Source: Myxococcota bacterium (lineage in GTDB: Bacteria > Myxococcota_A > Bradymonadia > UBA7976 > UBA1532). From it: DNA of 64,000 nucleotides. Of this stretch, positions 1 to 8,586 are shown piece after piece (position 1 is the first letter of the stretch; every line of letters starts with the position of its first letter). A program made the position numbers and the translations under genes. The notes below the pieces were generated by a model, which was given only the letters and a program-made list of their open reading frames with translations, searched no databases and was not told where the DNA came from. The stretch is from contig JAYZEG010000037.1 of NCBI GenBank assembly GCA_036337435.1, forward strand, positions 64,001 to 128,000, given 5' to 3'.

Positions 1-471
1 GTATAGACGGTCCGGATAGTATTCGTTGTAAATCTTCGAACCGACGGTCTTACGGATTTCAGGACCCGTCATGTGCCGATGGAGGCAGACCGCGATGATA
101 ATGTGAATATCATCAACCCCGTATTCAGCACACTGCTTGAGCAACTCCGTCAAAATCATTTCTCGGAGATCCGGGCTCTTCATAGGAGGTAAAGGTAACG
201 AGATATCATCGATGGCGATGGTGAGTTTCATCCCCGGCTTGAGCTGTGCAAAAAATGGATCAGCCCCTTCGGGATGGTTGAGCGCGTACCGAATCGCCGC
301 CTTTGGATTGCCGAGGGGCTCCAAGGGCGCATTGGGATAAATGACCCGGCTGCCGCGGGGCAGAACCACTTCCCTAAATCGAGTTCCATAATGCACCATT
401 CTGGCACCCGATTTATCGTCAATGAACTCGATATTCGATTCCCGAGAAATCCTGGGTTTTGGTCGTGCCAT
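1..471 (-). CDS. Lactate racemase (LarA/DUF2088)-like domain protein, N-terminal part; runs off the left edge
   Basis: Not in the ORF track; translated by hand. ATG at 471 with GGAGG upstream, open to position 1: MARPKPRISRES...AIRYALNHPEG...KLTIAIDDISLPLPP...IHIIIAVCLHRHMT. The I-x-I-D-D-x-S/T and A-x-x-x-H-R-x-M-T motifs resemble the LarA N-terminal domain. Confidence 0.7.
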   Translation of the reverse strand, partial: MARPKPRISRESNIEFIDDKSGARMVHYGTRFREVVLPRGSRVIYPNAPLEPLGNPKAAIRYALNHPEGADPFFAQLKPGMKLTIAIDDISLPLPPMKSPDLREMILTELLKQCAEYGVDDIHIIIAVCLHRHMTGPEIRKTVGSKIYNEYYPDRLY

Positions 472-497
472 GCGTCCTCCTGACAGCCTCGATTTGC

Positions 498-1160
498 CTA
501 TTTTGCCCAGATGATTGGCCAGTCATGGGCATTGGCCGTCGCCTTCAGATTCGAATCGGGGTTGACCGCGATCGGACGACCAACCGTACTCAGCATCGGG
601 ATATCGCTTCCACTGTCTGCGTAAGCCCGACACGCATTGAGGTCCAGGTCATTTTCTAACGCATATCGACGAATGAAGGCAGCTTTTTCCGGTCCGGCAA
701 GAACCGGGGGACACAATCGGCCCGTCGCCGTCTCATTTTCGATTTCTAGTTGATTGGCGAACCACGCGTCAACCTCGAGATAGCGGGCGAGGGGCCGAAC
801 CATTTGTTCGATGGCGCCGGTGATTAAAACCTGCTGATAGCCCTCGCTGCGAGAGCGTTTGATGAGATCAAGCATCTCTCGAAAAAGCCGCTTCTGGATG
901 ACCTTTTCAAATAATTCTTCGCCTAAGACCCACAATCGGTCCTCGTGTAGACCCGCATAATTTCTGTAGAAAATGTCGTTAAAAAATTTTCGACCCAAGC
1001 GATCGGCGACAGCATACATCGGCAGCGAGGCCAACAGCTTTGTTGTCCGGCCCAATTTTCCGGTCAGCGTGCTGTCATTTAATGCATAAAATGCATACGC
1101 ATGTATGACATTTGCACCGACGAGTGTTCCGTCGACGTCATAAAAAGCCGCAGCTCGCAT
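498..1160 (-). CDS. HAD-IB family hydrolase (SerB-like phosphatase)
   Basis: Motif I FYDVDGTL, motif II LITGA, K of GPEKA, motif IV AYADSGSD...VNPD. Confidence 0.9.
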   Translation of the reverse strand: MRAAAFYDVDGTLVGANVIHAYAFYALNDSTLTGKLGRTTKLLASLPMYAVADRLGRKFFNDIFYRNYAGLHEDRLWVLGEELFEKVIQKRLFREMLDLIKRSRSEGYQQVLITGAIEQMVRPLARYLEVDAWFANQLEIENETATGRLCPPVLAGPEKAAFIRRYALENDLDLNACRAYADSGSDIPMLSTVGRPIAVNPDSNLKATANAHDWPIIWAK

Positions 1161-1315
1161 CTACACATCCTAAACAAAGAGTCCGTTGACGACCTATCAA
1201 CCAAAAAACAACCAAGCAGAGAGCGTGTATGACAAGCAAGGGCGACTGGTCAAGAGCGAAAGCAAGGAACAGGTAAATTCCTACATTCGCAAACGAGTGA
1301 CGAGTTGCTAGATGG

Positions 1316-1957
1316 TCAAGCTTGAGTGAGTGCAAAGACCCAGATCGCGAGCAAAAGGATGGTTGCAAAGGTTCCTTTGAGAAAAGGACCTTTTTCCACA
1401 GTCAGATCTTCATTTAACCCTCGGCGAATCACGTAAAAGACGCCCGAGATCCATCCCAGGAAACTGAGAACAATGAGAGCTGACCAGCCAAATCCTGGGA
1501 TCGGGTCTAGCGCTAATAGACGTAAGTGATGTGCCTCCAGTTCAGCCTCGGTCCGACCTGCACTGCTCGCATCGGCCAATCGGAACTGTTGCTTTGCCAT
1601 CAAGCCTGCGATGGCCTTGTTGGTCGATGACAACAAGTTGAGCCCAGGGTTGGTCATACCACGAGTTGATAAAATTGCTCCACGAAGTCGTCTATATGCC
1701 TTTAATGCGACGTCTAAATTCCCTTTGCGTTCAGCGTCGGCGGCGATCCGTTGCAATGCAGCTCGCGCCTCTTCCGGTGCTTTGGCCAGGGGTGAATACC
1801 AGCGGGCAGCATATTGGTAATGCTCGATGGCTTGTTCGATCTTACCTGCACGTTCCAGAGCGACAGCGCGTGTCAACTCGGCGCGGGACGACCACCAGGT
1901 CCGGCCCCAGAGACCAAGAATGATGAAACAGATGCCAAAAACAACCCAGCGAAGCAT
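1316..1957 (-). CDS. Hypothetical membrane protein with TPR-like helical region
   Basis: N-terminal hydrophobic segment, TPR-like helices (GKIEQAIEHYQYAARWY), two C-terminal TM segments. Start abuts the pilI stop. Confidence 0.7.
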   Translation of the reverse strand: MLRWVVFGICFIILGLWGRTWWSSRAELTRAVALERAGKIEQAIEHYQYAARWYSPLAKAPEEARAALQRIAADAERKGNLDVALKAYRRLRGAILSTRGMTNPGLNLLSSTNKAIAGLMAKQQFRLADASSAGRTEAELEAHHLRLLALDPIPGFGWSALIVLSFLGWISGVFYVIRRGLNEDLTVEKGPFLKGTFATILLLAIWVFALTQA

Positions 1958-2743
1958 CTATACAAAGTCTCGTCGGGAAAACAGAACTGAGGCGATGCCG
2001 AGGCAAACTACGATGTAGGTGAATCCAACCAACGAAGCCTGGGCGATAAACTCCACAGTCATAGGACGATTATAGACCACTTGTGGCGTCACATTGTAGA
2101 TGGATAAATCTGGGACGACGCGCACGATCCCACGAATGACTGTACTGACCAGCGATGTCATTGCATCCGGTTTGTCGGCGTCGCCTAAACGTAAATTTTG
2201 GAGTGCGTCCACAAATCGTCCGACCACAAACACGCCGAGGGTCATCAGCCCCGAGAGAAAGGGTGTCGAGAAACTAGAAAAGATAAGAGCAACGGCAACC
2301 ACGATGGCGACTTCAATGAATATTAACCAAATCGCCTGCATGATTGCGACGCCAACGTTGCCGCCTACGGTGGCCAAAATTCCACAAAGCATCACCCCCA
2401 TAACTGAGACTAAAACAAACATGGTTTGCAACAGTCCCAAATACTTGCCCAAGAGAAACTGCGGCCTCGAGATGGGCTTGGCCATGAGGGTATAGATGGT
2501 TTTTCGCTCAAGTTCTTTGTAGACCAAGTTGACGCCCGTAAAAATGGCGATGAAAACGGCGGCTGTCGATGTCAGAAATAAGCCGACGTCCGTCATCAGA
2601 CGAACCTCTTCGTGCAGCGACGCTGAACTCATGGCGAGGGTGAATCCAAGGAGACCCAAGGTGAAGAAAATAAGACTTGCAAAGATCCTGTTTCGAATCG
2701 CCTCTCGAAATGTATTTTGAGCAACCGCCAGAATCTTTCTCAT
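1958..2743 (-). CDS. pilI: ABC-2 type permease, PilI-like
   Basis: Multiple TM helices, ELERKTIYTLMAKPISR..FLLGKY signature, C-terminal FSRRDF. Overlaps the ABC ATPase by 4 nt. Position in the pil locus matches Myxococcus pilI. Confidence 0.8.
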   Translation of the reverse strand: MRKILAVAQNTFREAIRNRIFASLIFFTLGLLGFTLAMSSASLHEEVRLMTDVGLFLTSTAAVFIAIFTGVNLVYKELERKTIYTLMAKPISRPQFLLGKYLGLLQTMFVLVSVMGVMLCGILATVGGNVGVAIMQAIWLIFIEVAIVVAVALIFSSFSTPFLSGLMTLGVFVVGRFVDALQNLRLGDADKPDAMTSLVSTVIRGIVRVVPDLSIYNVTPQVVYNRPMTVEFIAQASLVGFTYIVVCLGIASVLFSRRDFV

Positions 2744-3729
2744 GAGTGAGCCTCACTGGCTGCTTGTTCGACAAACACCGACTCCAAGCTCCGAGCCACC
2801 GGGACAACCCTGACGACTGTCCCTTGAACAGCCATTCCTGCTGCGATGAGCGCGTTGGCGCGGCCCTGGTCGGCCGTGGCGAACGAATAGGTCTGACCCA
2901 CTTTCTGGACGCGCTTCGCAAATGGAGACAAGTGCTCGATGTCTGCCTCTTCGATATCTGCCAGAGTCACTTCAACTTCCGTTTGGCCCTCACTCAGTAA
3001 ACTGGATAGCTGTCCTTCTCGGCGAATTTGTCCATCGACAAGAATGGACACTCGACTGCATAGCATCTCAACATCTTGGAGAATATGGCTGCTAAAAAAT
3101 ATCGTTTTGCCTCGTTCACTCAACTCCAAGATGATATCGCGCACGTCTTTTCGGCCCATTGGGTCGAGTCCGGACATGGGCTCGTCGAGAATGACCAGGT
3201 CAGGGTCATTGATGAGTGCTTGTGCGAGACCCACTCGCTGAATCATGCCCTTGGAATATTTACGCAAGGGCCTGTCGACGGCATGGTTTAATCCAACACG
3301 ATCGATCAAAGCCTGGGCCCGCTGTTTTCTTTCTCTGGCGGTCATGGGAAATAAGCGGGCGTAATATTCGAGAAATTCTATGGGCTTTAAATGCTCATAG
3401 AAATAAGGATGCTCGGGTAGAAACCCAATCCGCTCTCGTGTCTGAATATGACCAATAGACTGCCCAAAAATGCGGGCACCGCCTGCAGACGGATGAATGA
3501 GCCCCATCAGCATTTTTATGGTTGTGGTCTTACCAGCACCGTTCGGGCCAAGGAATCCGAAAATTTCTCCTTGCTCGACATTAAGGGAAATGCCTCGAAC
3601 CGCGTCCACCCGATAAGCAATGCCCTTCATCTGAAGCGCATCAGCAACTTTGCGAAACGGGCGAAGCGCTCCGAGAAACCCGAGGTGAAAGGTCTTGGTT
3701 AAACCATCAATTTCAAGGGCTAAGCTCAC
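2740..3729 (-). CDS. pilH: ABC transporter ATP-binding protein, PilH-like (Myxococcus nomenclature)
   Basis: Walker A GPNGAGKTT, signature YSKGM, Walker B ILDEP, H-loop SSH; pil locus context. Confidence 0.85.
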   Translation of the reverse strand: MSLALEIDGLTKTFHLGFLGALRPFRKVADALQMKGIAYRVDAVRGISLNVEQGEIFGFLGPNGAGKTTTIKMLMGLIHPSAGGARIFGQSIGHIQTRERIGFLPEHPYFYEHLKPIEFLEYYARLFPMTARERKQRAQALIDRVGLNHAVDRPLRKYSKGMIQRVGLAQALINDPDLVILDEPMSGLDPMGRKDVRDIILELSERGKTIFFSSHILQDVEMLCSRVSILVDGQIRREGQLSSLLSEGQTEVEVTLADIEEADIEHLSPFAKRVQKVGQTYSFATADQGRANALIAAGMAVQGTVVRVVPVARSLESVFVEQAASEAHS

Positions 3730-3892
3730 CTAATACCACACTTAAACCAACCTAGTGGGGGCACTTTGACAAAACACGGCCGGGACTTCAACGGTTGAAA
3801 ACAGACACCCGTGATTTTGGCGAGCGATGCCAGAACAAATCAAGTCTGAATAATCCCTTGATTAGTTTATAGGTGATGCGCAGGATGCCCGT

Positions 3893-4855
3893 ATGAAATC
3901 CGAGGAAAATAAACAAAAGTCAATTGGACGAATCATCGCGTCTTTGCTTGTCAGACTGGTGGCTCTCGTCGCCATTGCTTTGTGGCTCAGTACCCATCTC
4001 GATTTCGATAGCGTGCCTAAAGACATACTCACCCATGGGTGGGCGATTACCGGCGTCGCCTGCTTCGGCGCTATCAATCTGGCGGTTGCCGCGCTCAGGT
4101 GGCGAACACTGATGCTCAGTTTTGGCGCGGTTAATCTACCTCGCTTTGCACTTTTGTTTCGACTCAATCTCATCGGTCACTTTTACAACATTTTTGTACC
4201 GGGGGCTGTCGGCGGTGATCTAGGTCGCGCATTCATCGCGCGACGCTGTTTTAAAGCGGCCAGTTCGAGTTATTTTGTGATCGTCTCGGAACGGATGATC
4301 GGTTTGGCTGCCCTCGGGGTATTTTTTGGAGTTGGGATCCTCACCGGACCCGAGTTGAGAGGAATTGAGCACGGCGGGATTTGGTCTGTTGCCTTGATCG
4401 GTTTGCTTGCGTTGGTTGTCGGAGGCGGCTTGTTGGGGCGCCGGATTGCGCGTTGGTGGAAAGATGCACCGCAATTAGAAAATCCGATGGCAGTGGGATT
4501 GGCGACGGCGCTCAGCCTGATTACTCACAGTGTCACGATTCTTGGTTTTTGGGTTCTCTCTCGGTCGATGGGGCTGGAGTTGGGATTGGTGGACTTAGCA
4601 CTCATTGTCCCTATCGCCCTTGTCGCATCGGTTGTGCCGTTGGCCATCGCAGGATTGGGTCCAAGAGAAGCAGCCCTGGTGGCGGTCGTGCCGCTACTGG
4701 ACTTAGGCACGGCTGAACAGGCGTTGGCGCTGTCCATCGGCTTTGCCATATCAAACTGGATACTCGGTGGCGTCGGTGGCCTGATTCACTTGATTATGGG
4801 GAAATCAGCTCATCATTTATCGGAACCTGACAGGTCTACCGAGGCGATTAGTTGA
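3893..4855 (+). CDS. Lysylphosphatidylglycerol synthase TM-domain (flippase-like, YbhN-type) membrane protein
   Basis: RW..L, FYN.FVPG.VGGD, ER..G and P...AGLG.RE motifs with about 8 TM helices. Confidence 0.85.
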   Translation: MKSEENKQKSIGRIIASLLVRLVALVAIALWLSTHLDFDSVPKDILTHGWAITGVACFGAINLAVAALRWRTLMLSFGAVNLPRFALLFRLNLIGHFYNIFVPGAVGGDLGRAFIARRCFKAASSSYFVIVSERMIGLAALGVFFGVGILTGPELRGIEHGGIWSVALIGLLALVVGGGLLGRRIARWWKDAPQLENPMAVGLATALSLITHSVTILGFWVLSRSMGLELGLVDLALIVPIALVASVVPLAIAGLGPREAALVAVVPLLDLGTAEQALALSIGFAISNWILGGVGGLIHLIMGKSAHHLSEPDRSTEAIS

Positions 4856-5810
4856 GTGCTTTCTGTTTCCGATACCAGGCAATGGTTCGTTTAAGAGCCT
4901 CATCCAGGTTAACCTTCGGTGTATAACCCAATAATTCCCGGGCCTTATCAATATTAGGGATTCGAAGCTCGACGTCTGCTCTATTCATTTCTTGAAAGGC
5001 AACATCACTCTTAGAGTCCGCAAGTTGGACGATGAGCTTCGCCAAATGATAAATGGTCAGCGTGCTCCGTGGATTGCCTATATTAAAGGCGTGTCCAACG
5101 GCTGCATCATTTTCTAAAGTCGCCAAAACACCATCGACGATGTCATCGATGTAACACCATGACCGAATCTGAGAGCCATCGCCGTGTATGGTTAATGTTT
5201 CATCACGGATAGCTCGATTGATAAAGTGATGAACAGCCCCTTCCCCGACTTGTCGCGGTCCAAAGATGTTAAACGGCCTGATGCTCACCGTAGGCAACCC
5301 AAACTGCTTGTAGTAGCTCAATGCCAAGTGCTCCGTTGCCAATTTTGAGACGGCGTAGGTCCAGCGCGCTTCACCGACAGCACCAAGACTTGTCGCGTCG
5401 CCCTCTGCAACCTTATAGGCATACTTGCCAAACACTTCACTGGTTGAGAAATCAACAAAACGGGTGCAGCGGCCACTTGCATAGGCTGATTGCAGGGCGT
5501 TTATGGTTCCCAAAAGAGAGACTCGCATGGTCAAGGTCGGGTTTTTCATGACCGTGTCGACACCAGCAATAGACGCCATATGAACGACGACATCGGCATC
5601 CCGGATGACCGGGTCCAACGACGCAGCATCGAGAACGTCGCCTTGAACGAGCTTGACATTGTCCCGGTCCAGGATAGACGTGCCCACGAGCGCATTTCGA
5701 TGCAAATTATCAAAGAGCGTAATTCGATTGTGTTCACAGAGCCGTTCTGTGAGAGCACTGCCTATAAAACCAGCCCCGCCCGTGATGACGATATGAGCAT
5801 CGCGAATCAT
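4848..5810 (-). CDS. NAD-dependent nucleotide-sugar epimerase/dehydratase (extended SDR; UDP-glucuronate decarboxylase-like)
   Basis: TGGAGFIG, STSEVFG, YAVSK catalytic motif, RPFNIFGPRQ. Start moved to ATG 5810, 2 nt after the pilG stop. Confidence 0.9.
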   Translation of the reverse strand: MIRDAHIVITGGAGFIGSALTERLCEHNRITLFDNLHRNALVGTSILDRDNVKLVQGDVLDAASLDPVIRDADVVVHMASIAGVDTVMKNPTLTMRVSLLGTINALQSAYASGRCTRFVDFSTSEVFGKYAYKVAEGDATSLGAVGEARWTYAVSKLATEHLALSYYKQFGLPTVSIRPFNIFGPRQVGEGAVHHFINRAIRDETLTIHGDGSQIRSWCYIDDIVDGVLATLENDAAVGHAFNIGNPRSTLTIYHLAKLIVQLADSKSDVAFQEMNRADVELRIPNIDKARELLGYTPKVNLDEALKRTIAWYRKQKALN

Positions 5811-5812
5811 AT

Positions 5813-6745
5813 TTATTGTCCAGTCCCATCGTCTTCGATGGATGTCGATATTGCGATATCCGAGAGCAGCGAACGCCAACTACGGTCCTCCGTATACTGG
5901 TCGGTTGGTTCTCCTAGAATCGAGTAAAGGGATGCAGGTATGTACGGATAGTTCTCCTGCCATTTAGCCTGAAAACGCATTGCATCATCGGCAATACTTG
6001 CATCCCCGATATTTTTCTTTAAGGCCTCTATTCGCCCGAGTATCGACTGACGTTGTTCAACGTCTTGAGTCTGGGTATAGAGGTCGACGAGATATTGTAA
6101 AGCCAATTGGTGCTTGCCCAGCCGACTTGAGATGGACGCGACGAGACTGCGAACTCGGTCGGGTGCACCGGGTGTGTTCGCAGCCCGCTCAAAGTAGGCT
6201 AGTCCTAATTCCCGGTTTTTTCGAGACTCGTCTGAGTCCTTACTTTTCAACTCAACGTAATGATTGAGGCCGAGTCGATACGCTGCCTCATAGTCATCGG
6301 GATTTTGTTTGAGTGCCAACTCATAATACCGATTGGAGCGCCGTACGTTTTCATTGGTGAAACGTCGGCCGTAAAGAACGTTGGCTCCAGCCCAATGGTA
6401 TACCTTGGTGAAATCCGGGTCGAGAGCAACAATCTGATTTAGGAAATGCTCCAGCCAAGGGTACTTTCGGTCCCCTTTAAAGTGCCTGGCAAAATACTCC
6501 AGGGTACGAATCCAAACAAAATCAGCAGCAGCTTGATTATAACCCAGAGTCATTAACCTCATTTGGCGAATGTCGGGTACATAAATGACTTCACTTGACT
6601 CAGCAAAACTTGCATTGTCTTTCAATTGTCGGACAGCCAGCAGGCTCGATTGATTAACGACAATTGCGCTCAAGAAGACCACGAGTGCTAACCCTCTTGT
6701 CAGAAGACCACTCGATCTTGATTTGATTTGGAACTGAGGGGACAT
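5813..6745 (-). CDS. pilG: PilG-like pilus accessory protein (N-terminal TM plus TPR-like helices)
   Basis: N-terminal TM, LGY...AADFVWIR.L.Y and LDP.F..VY motifs. Lies directly downstream of pilA, as Myxococcus pilG and Geobacter xapA do. Confidence 0.65.
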   Translation of the reverse strand: MSPQFQIKSRSSGLLTRGLALVVFLSAIVVNQSSLLAVRQLKDNASFAESSEVIYVPDIRQMRLMTLGYNQAAADFVWIRTLEYFARHFKGDRKYPWLEHFLNQIVALDPDFTKVYHWAGANVLYGRRFTNENVRRSNRYYELALKQNPDDYEAAYRLGLNHYVELKSKDSDESRKNRELGLAYFERAANTPGAPDRVRSLVASISSRLGKHQLALQYLVDLYTQTQDVEQRQSILGRIEALKKNIGDASIADDAMRFQAKWQENYPYIPASLYSILGEPTDQYTEDRSWRSLLSDIAISTSIEDDGTGQ

Positions 6746-6866
6746 CAGGTGCGTTTACCTGCCATTCAAGATTATGTGTGTGCCGAAGCTAACCGGGGAT
6801 TACCTCCGACGCAAGGCCTGCAAGCCCAACAGGACACAGAAAGCACAATTCGAGGCGCTGGAGGGC

Positions 6867-6898
6867 AAAAAAAAAGGCGTGCCGTGGCACGCCTTTTT
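6867..6898 (-). terminator. Rho-independent terminator of pilA
   Basis: Minus strand AAAAAGGCGTGC-CACG-GCACGCC-TTTTTTTTT: perfect GC stem followed by U9, about 20 nt after the pilA stop. Confidence 0.9.
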
Positions 6899-6919
6899 CA
6901 CTGCTAAGCAGCCGTCGAA

Positions 6920-7474
6920 CTATTCAAGCTCGTTGTTCGTGAACAGACCAGCACCACCGCTGATGTTGTTCTGCGCATCAACTGTACCGATACGCTCGAA
7001 AGTTGACTGAGTCTGGTCGCAGTTCAAATCACCGTTTGCTCGTGCGGTGAAGTGAGCGCCAGCACCCTGCTCTTTGGAGTCGTAGGTGTACTTGAAGTAG
7101 AACGGATCCTCGACTGCGAAGTTGAGTGCCTGCCATGTTGGCGCATCCCAAGTGTTCACGTCTGGCTGGAACTTCTGGCTGTCACCGTCCTTGCAAACGC
7201 CACCAGTCCAAACACCGGGGTCTGGTGCTTCAGCTGTTGTCGGGAACTGGCGTGGAAGAATTCGACCAGTCCGATCCGCCTGCTCCTCGTTGTAGTACGA
7301 GACAGAGCTGTCAAACAGCTTACGGATGTTCATTGTAGCCTCAGATGTCTTCGAGCGCTGAATGTACTTCATGAACGCAGGAATGGCGACAGCGGCCAAA
7401 ATACCAATGATCGCAACAACAATCATCAGCTCAATCAAGGTGAAGCCTTTGGCTCCCTTCTTTAGATTTCGCAT
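6920..7474 (-). CDS. pilA: Type IVa pilin, probable major pilin
   Basis: Class III signal [24 protein letters not shown] with E5 and P22, two Cys, SD GAGG, strong terminator. Codons visibly skewed to TTC/AAC/TAC/GAC, as in highly expressed genes. Confidence 0.92.
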   Translation of the reverse strand: MRNLKKGAKGFTLIELMIVVAIIGILAAVAIPAFMKYIQRSKTSEATMNIRKLFDSSVSYYNEEQADRTGRILPRQFPTTAEAPDPGVWTGGVCKDGDSQKFQPDVNTWDAPTWQALNFAVEDPFYFKYTYDSKEQGAGAHFTARANGDLNCDQTQSTFERIGTVDAQNNISGGAGLFTNNELE

Positions 7475-7730
7475 TATGCGTACCTCTTTTTCCCGGGGAG
7501 GGAGGGAACATTTGTTACAGGAACCGATGGCCCTCCCCCGAGTCCCATCCTATCCCATGGGCCTTATGCCCATAAATACTTCTACTTCCTACCGGTGGCT
7601 CAAAATCACTGGATTCTAGAGCCGACTGACAACCTATGTTGTTAATCTATATCCGGCTAAGAAAATCTCCAAAATTTTTCTTTTCCTCTTCCGAACTTGA
7701 GTCAGTTTCTATCTGCTACCCACTCACAGT

Positions 7731-8258
7731 CTATTCATTCTCGTTATGGCGATAGATATCTGGTTTTTCCGATGTCACTTCGAATGTGGACAAAACCCCA
7801 TTACTGTCAAAGTCGCCATTGGCTTGTGCCCAAAACCAGGGGCGATTGGAGTTTCGGATTGCCGCTCCCCCATCTTGCCCTGGCCGCCCGGCAGCCATCC
7901 TATATTGAAACCACACAGACCCAGGTGATTCCACAGCTAAGTCATGCCAAGCATTATTGGCCGGAATCGGGTTTGCTGGGTCATTCCAGCGAATTTTCCC
8001 CGAATCGACCGACGGTACATCGCGGGGCCAAACAGCCTCGCTGTTTGAACCGCAGAACACTCCGTTTGCCTGGTAGTACGCCAACTGCGCTGCTCGAACC
8101 CCACCCAAGAATTGGACGGCTTCAGCATTGCGGGCAGCATACGTGTATTTCCGGTAGCCCGTTATCGCCAAGACCGAGAGAACACCAATGATCACAACCA
8201 CGATCATGAGTTCGACAAGAGTAAACCCATTGATACTTCGTGTCCGCACTAGAGACAT
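7731..8258 (-). CDS. Second type IV pilin (divergent paralog)
   Basis: NG|FTLVELMIVVVIIGVLS. C-terminal A.GD.D.NG..STF motif is shared with pilA. Start moved to ATG 8258 (SD GGGGAG) because the ORF-track start overlaps the sigma54 promoter. Confidence 0.88.
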   Translation of the reverse strand: MSLVRTRSINGFTLVELMIVVVIIGVLSVLAITGYRKYTYAARNAEAVQFLGGVRAAQLAYYQANGVFCGSNSEAVWPRDVPSVDSGKIRWNDPANPIPANNAWHDLAVESPGSVWFQYRMAAGRPGQDGGAAIRNSNRPWFWAQANGDFDSNGVLSTFEVTSEKPDIYRHNENE

Positions 8259-8287
8259 GCTCCCCCGTTCTTCACACTCACCCTTCA

Positions 8288-8304
8288 AGCAGAATTCGTG
8301 CCAA
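8288..8304 (-). promoter_or_regulatory. Sigma54 -24/-12 promoter upstream of the pilin pair
   Basis: Minus strand TTGGCACGAATTCTGCT gives GG-N10-GC with TGGCACG, 30 nt upstream of the ATG; pilR (a bEBP) is adjacent. Confidence 0.85.
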
Positions 8305-8497
8305 AACTATAATCCTTCTTGCCACAGACAAAAAAGGTCGGTTACCCGGCCTCAATTGCCTCGCGTCAGCGAGCCCACAGTCGCTTAAATCACTGCCTGC
8401 CCGTCTAGACACGACTCCACAATATACATTGTCCTACATGTAGTCAATATACTTACTTGCAAATAATTTAAGTTTTCTTCGAGCAACCGACGAAGAG

Positions 8498-8536
8498 AGA
8501 CGATCTTTGTCACCGGTGACAAAATTTGTCACCGGT
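8498..8536. promoter_or_regulatory. Tandem palindromic upstream activator sites (putative PilR enhancer)
   Basis: AGACGATCTTTGTCA-CCGG-TGACAAAATTTGTCA-CCGGT contains overlapping perfect inverted repeats (8506-8523 and 8512-8536), about 200 bp upstream of the sigma54 site. Confidence 0.7.
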
Positions 8537-8586
8537 TGGCAACGACGCCTGTTCCGATAATTTGAGGTCTTCGGCTTCTGCGCGGG

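Noticed and set aside
7648..7660. GCCGGATAT upstream of pilA as a sigma28 -10 element
   Set aside because: It has an extra base relative to GCCGATAA/T and no convincing -35 at the right spacing.
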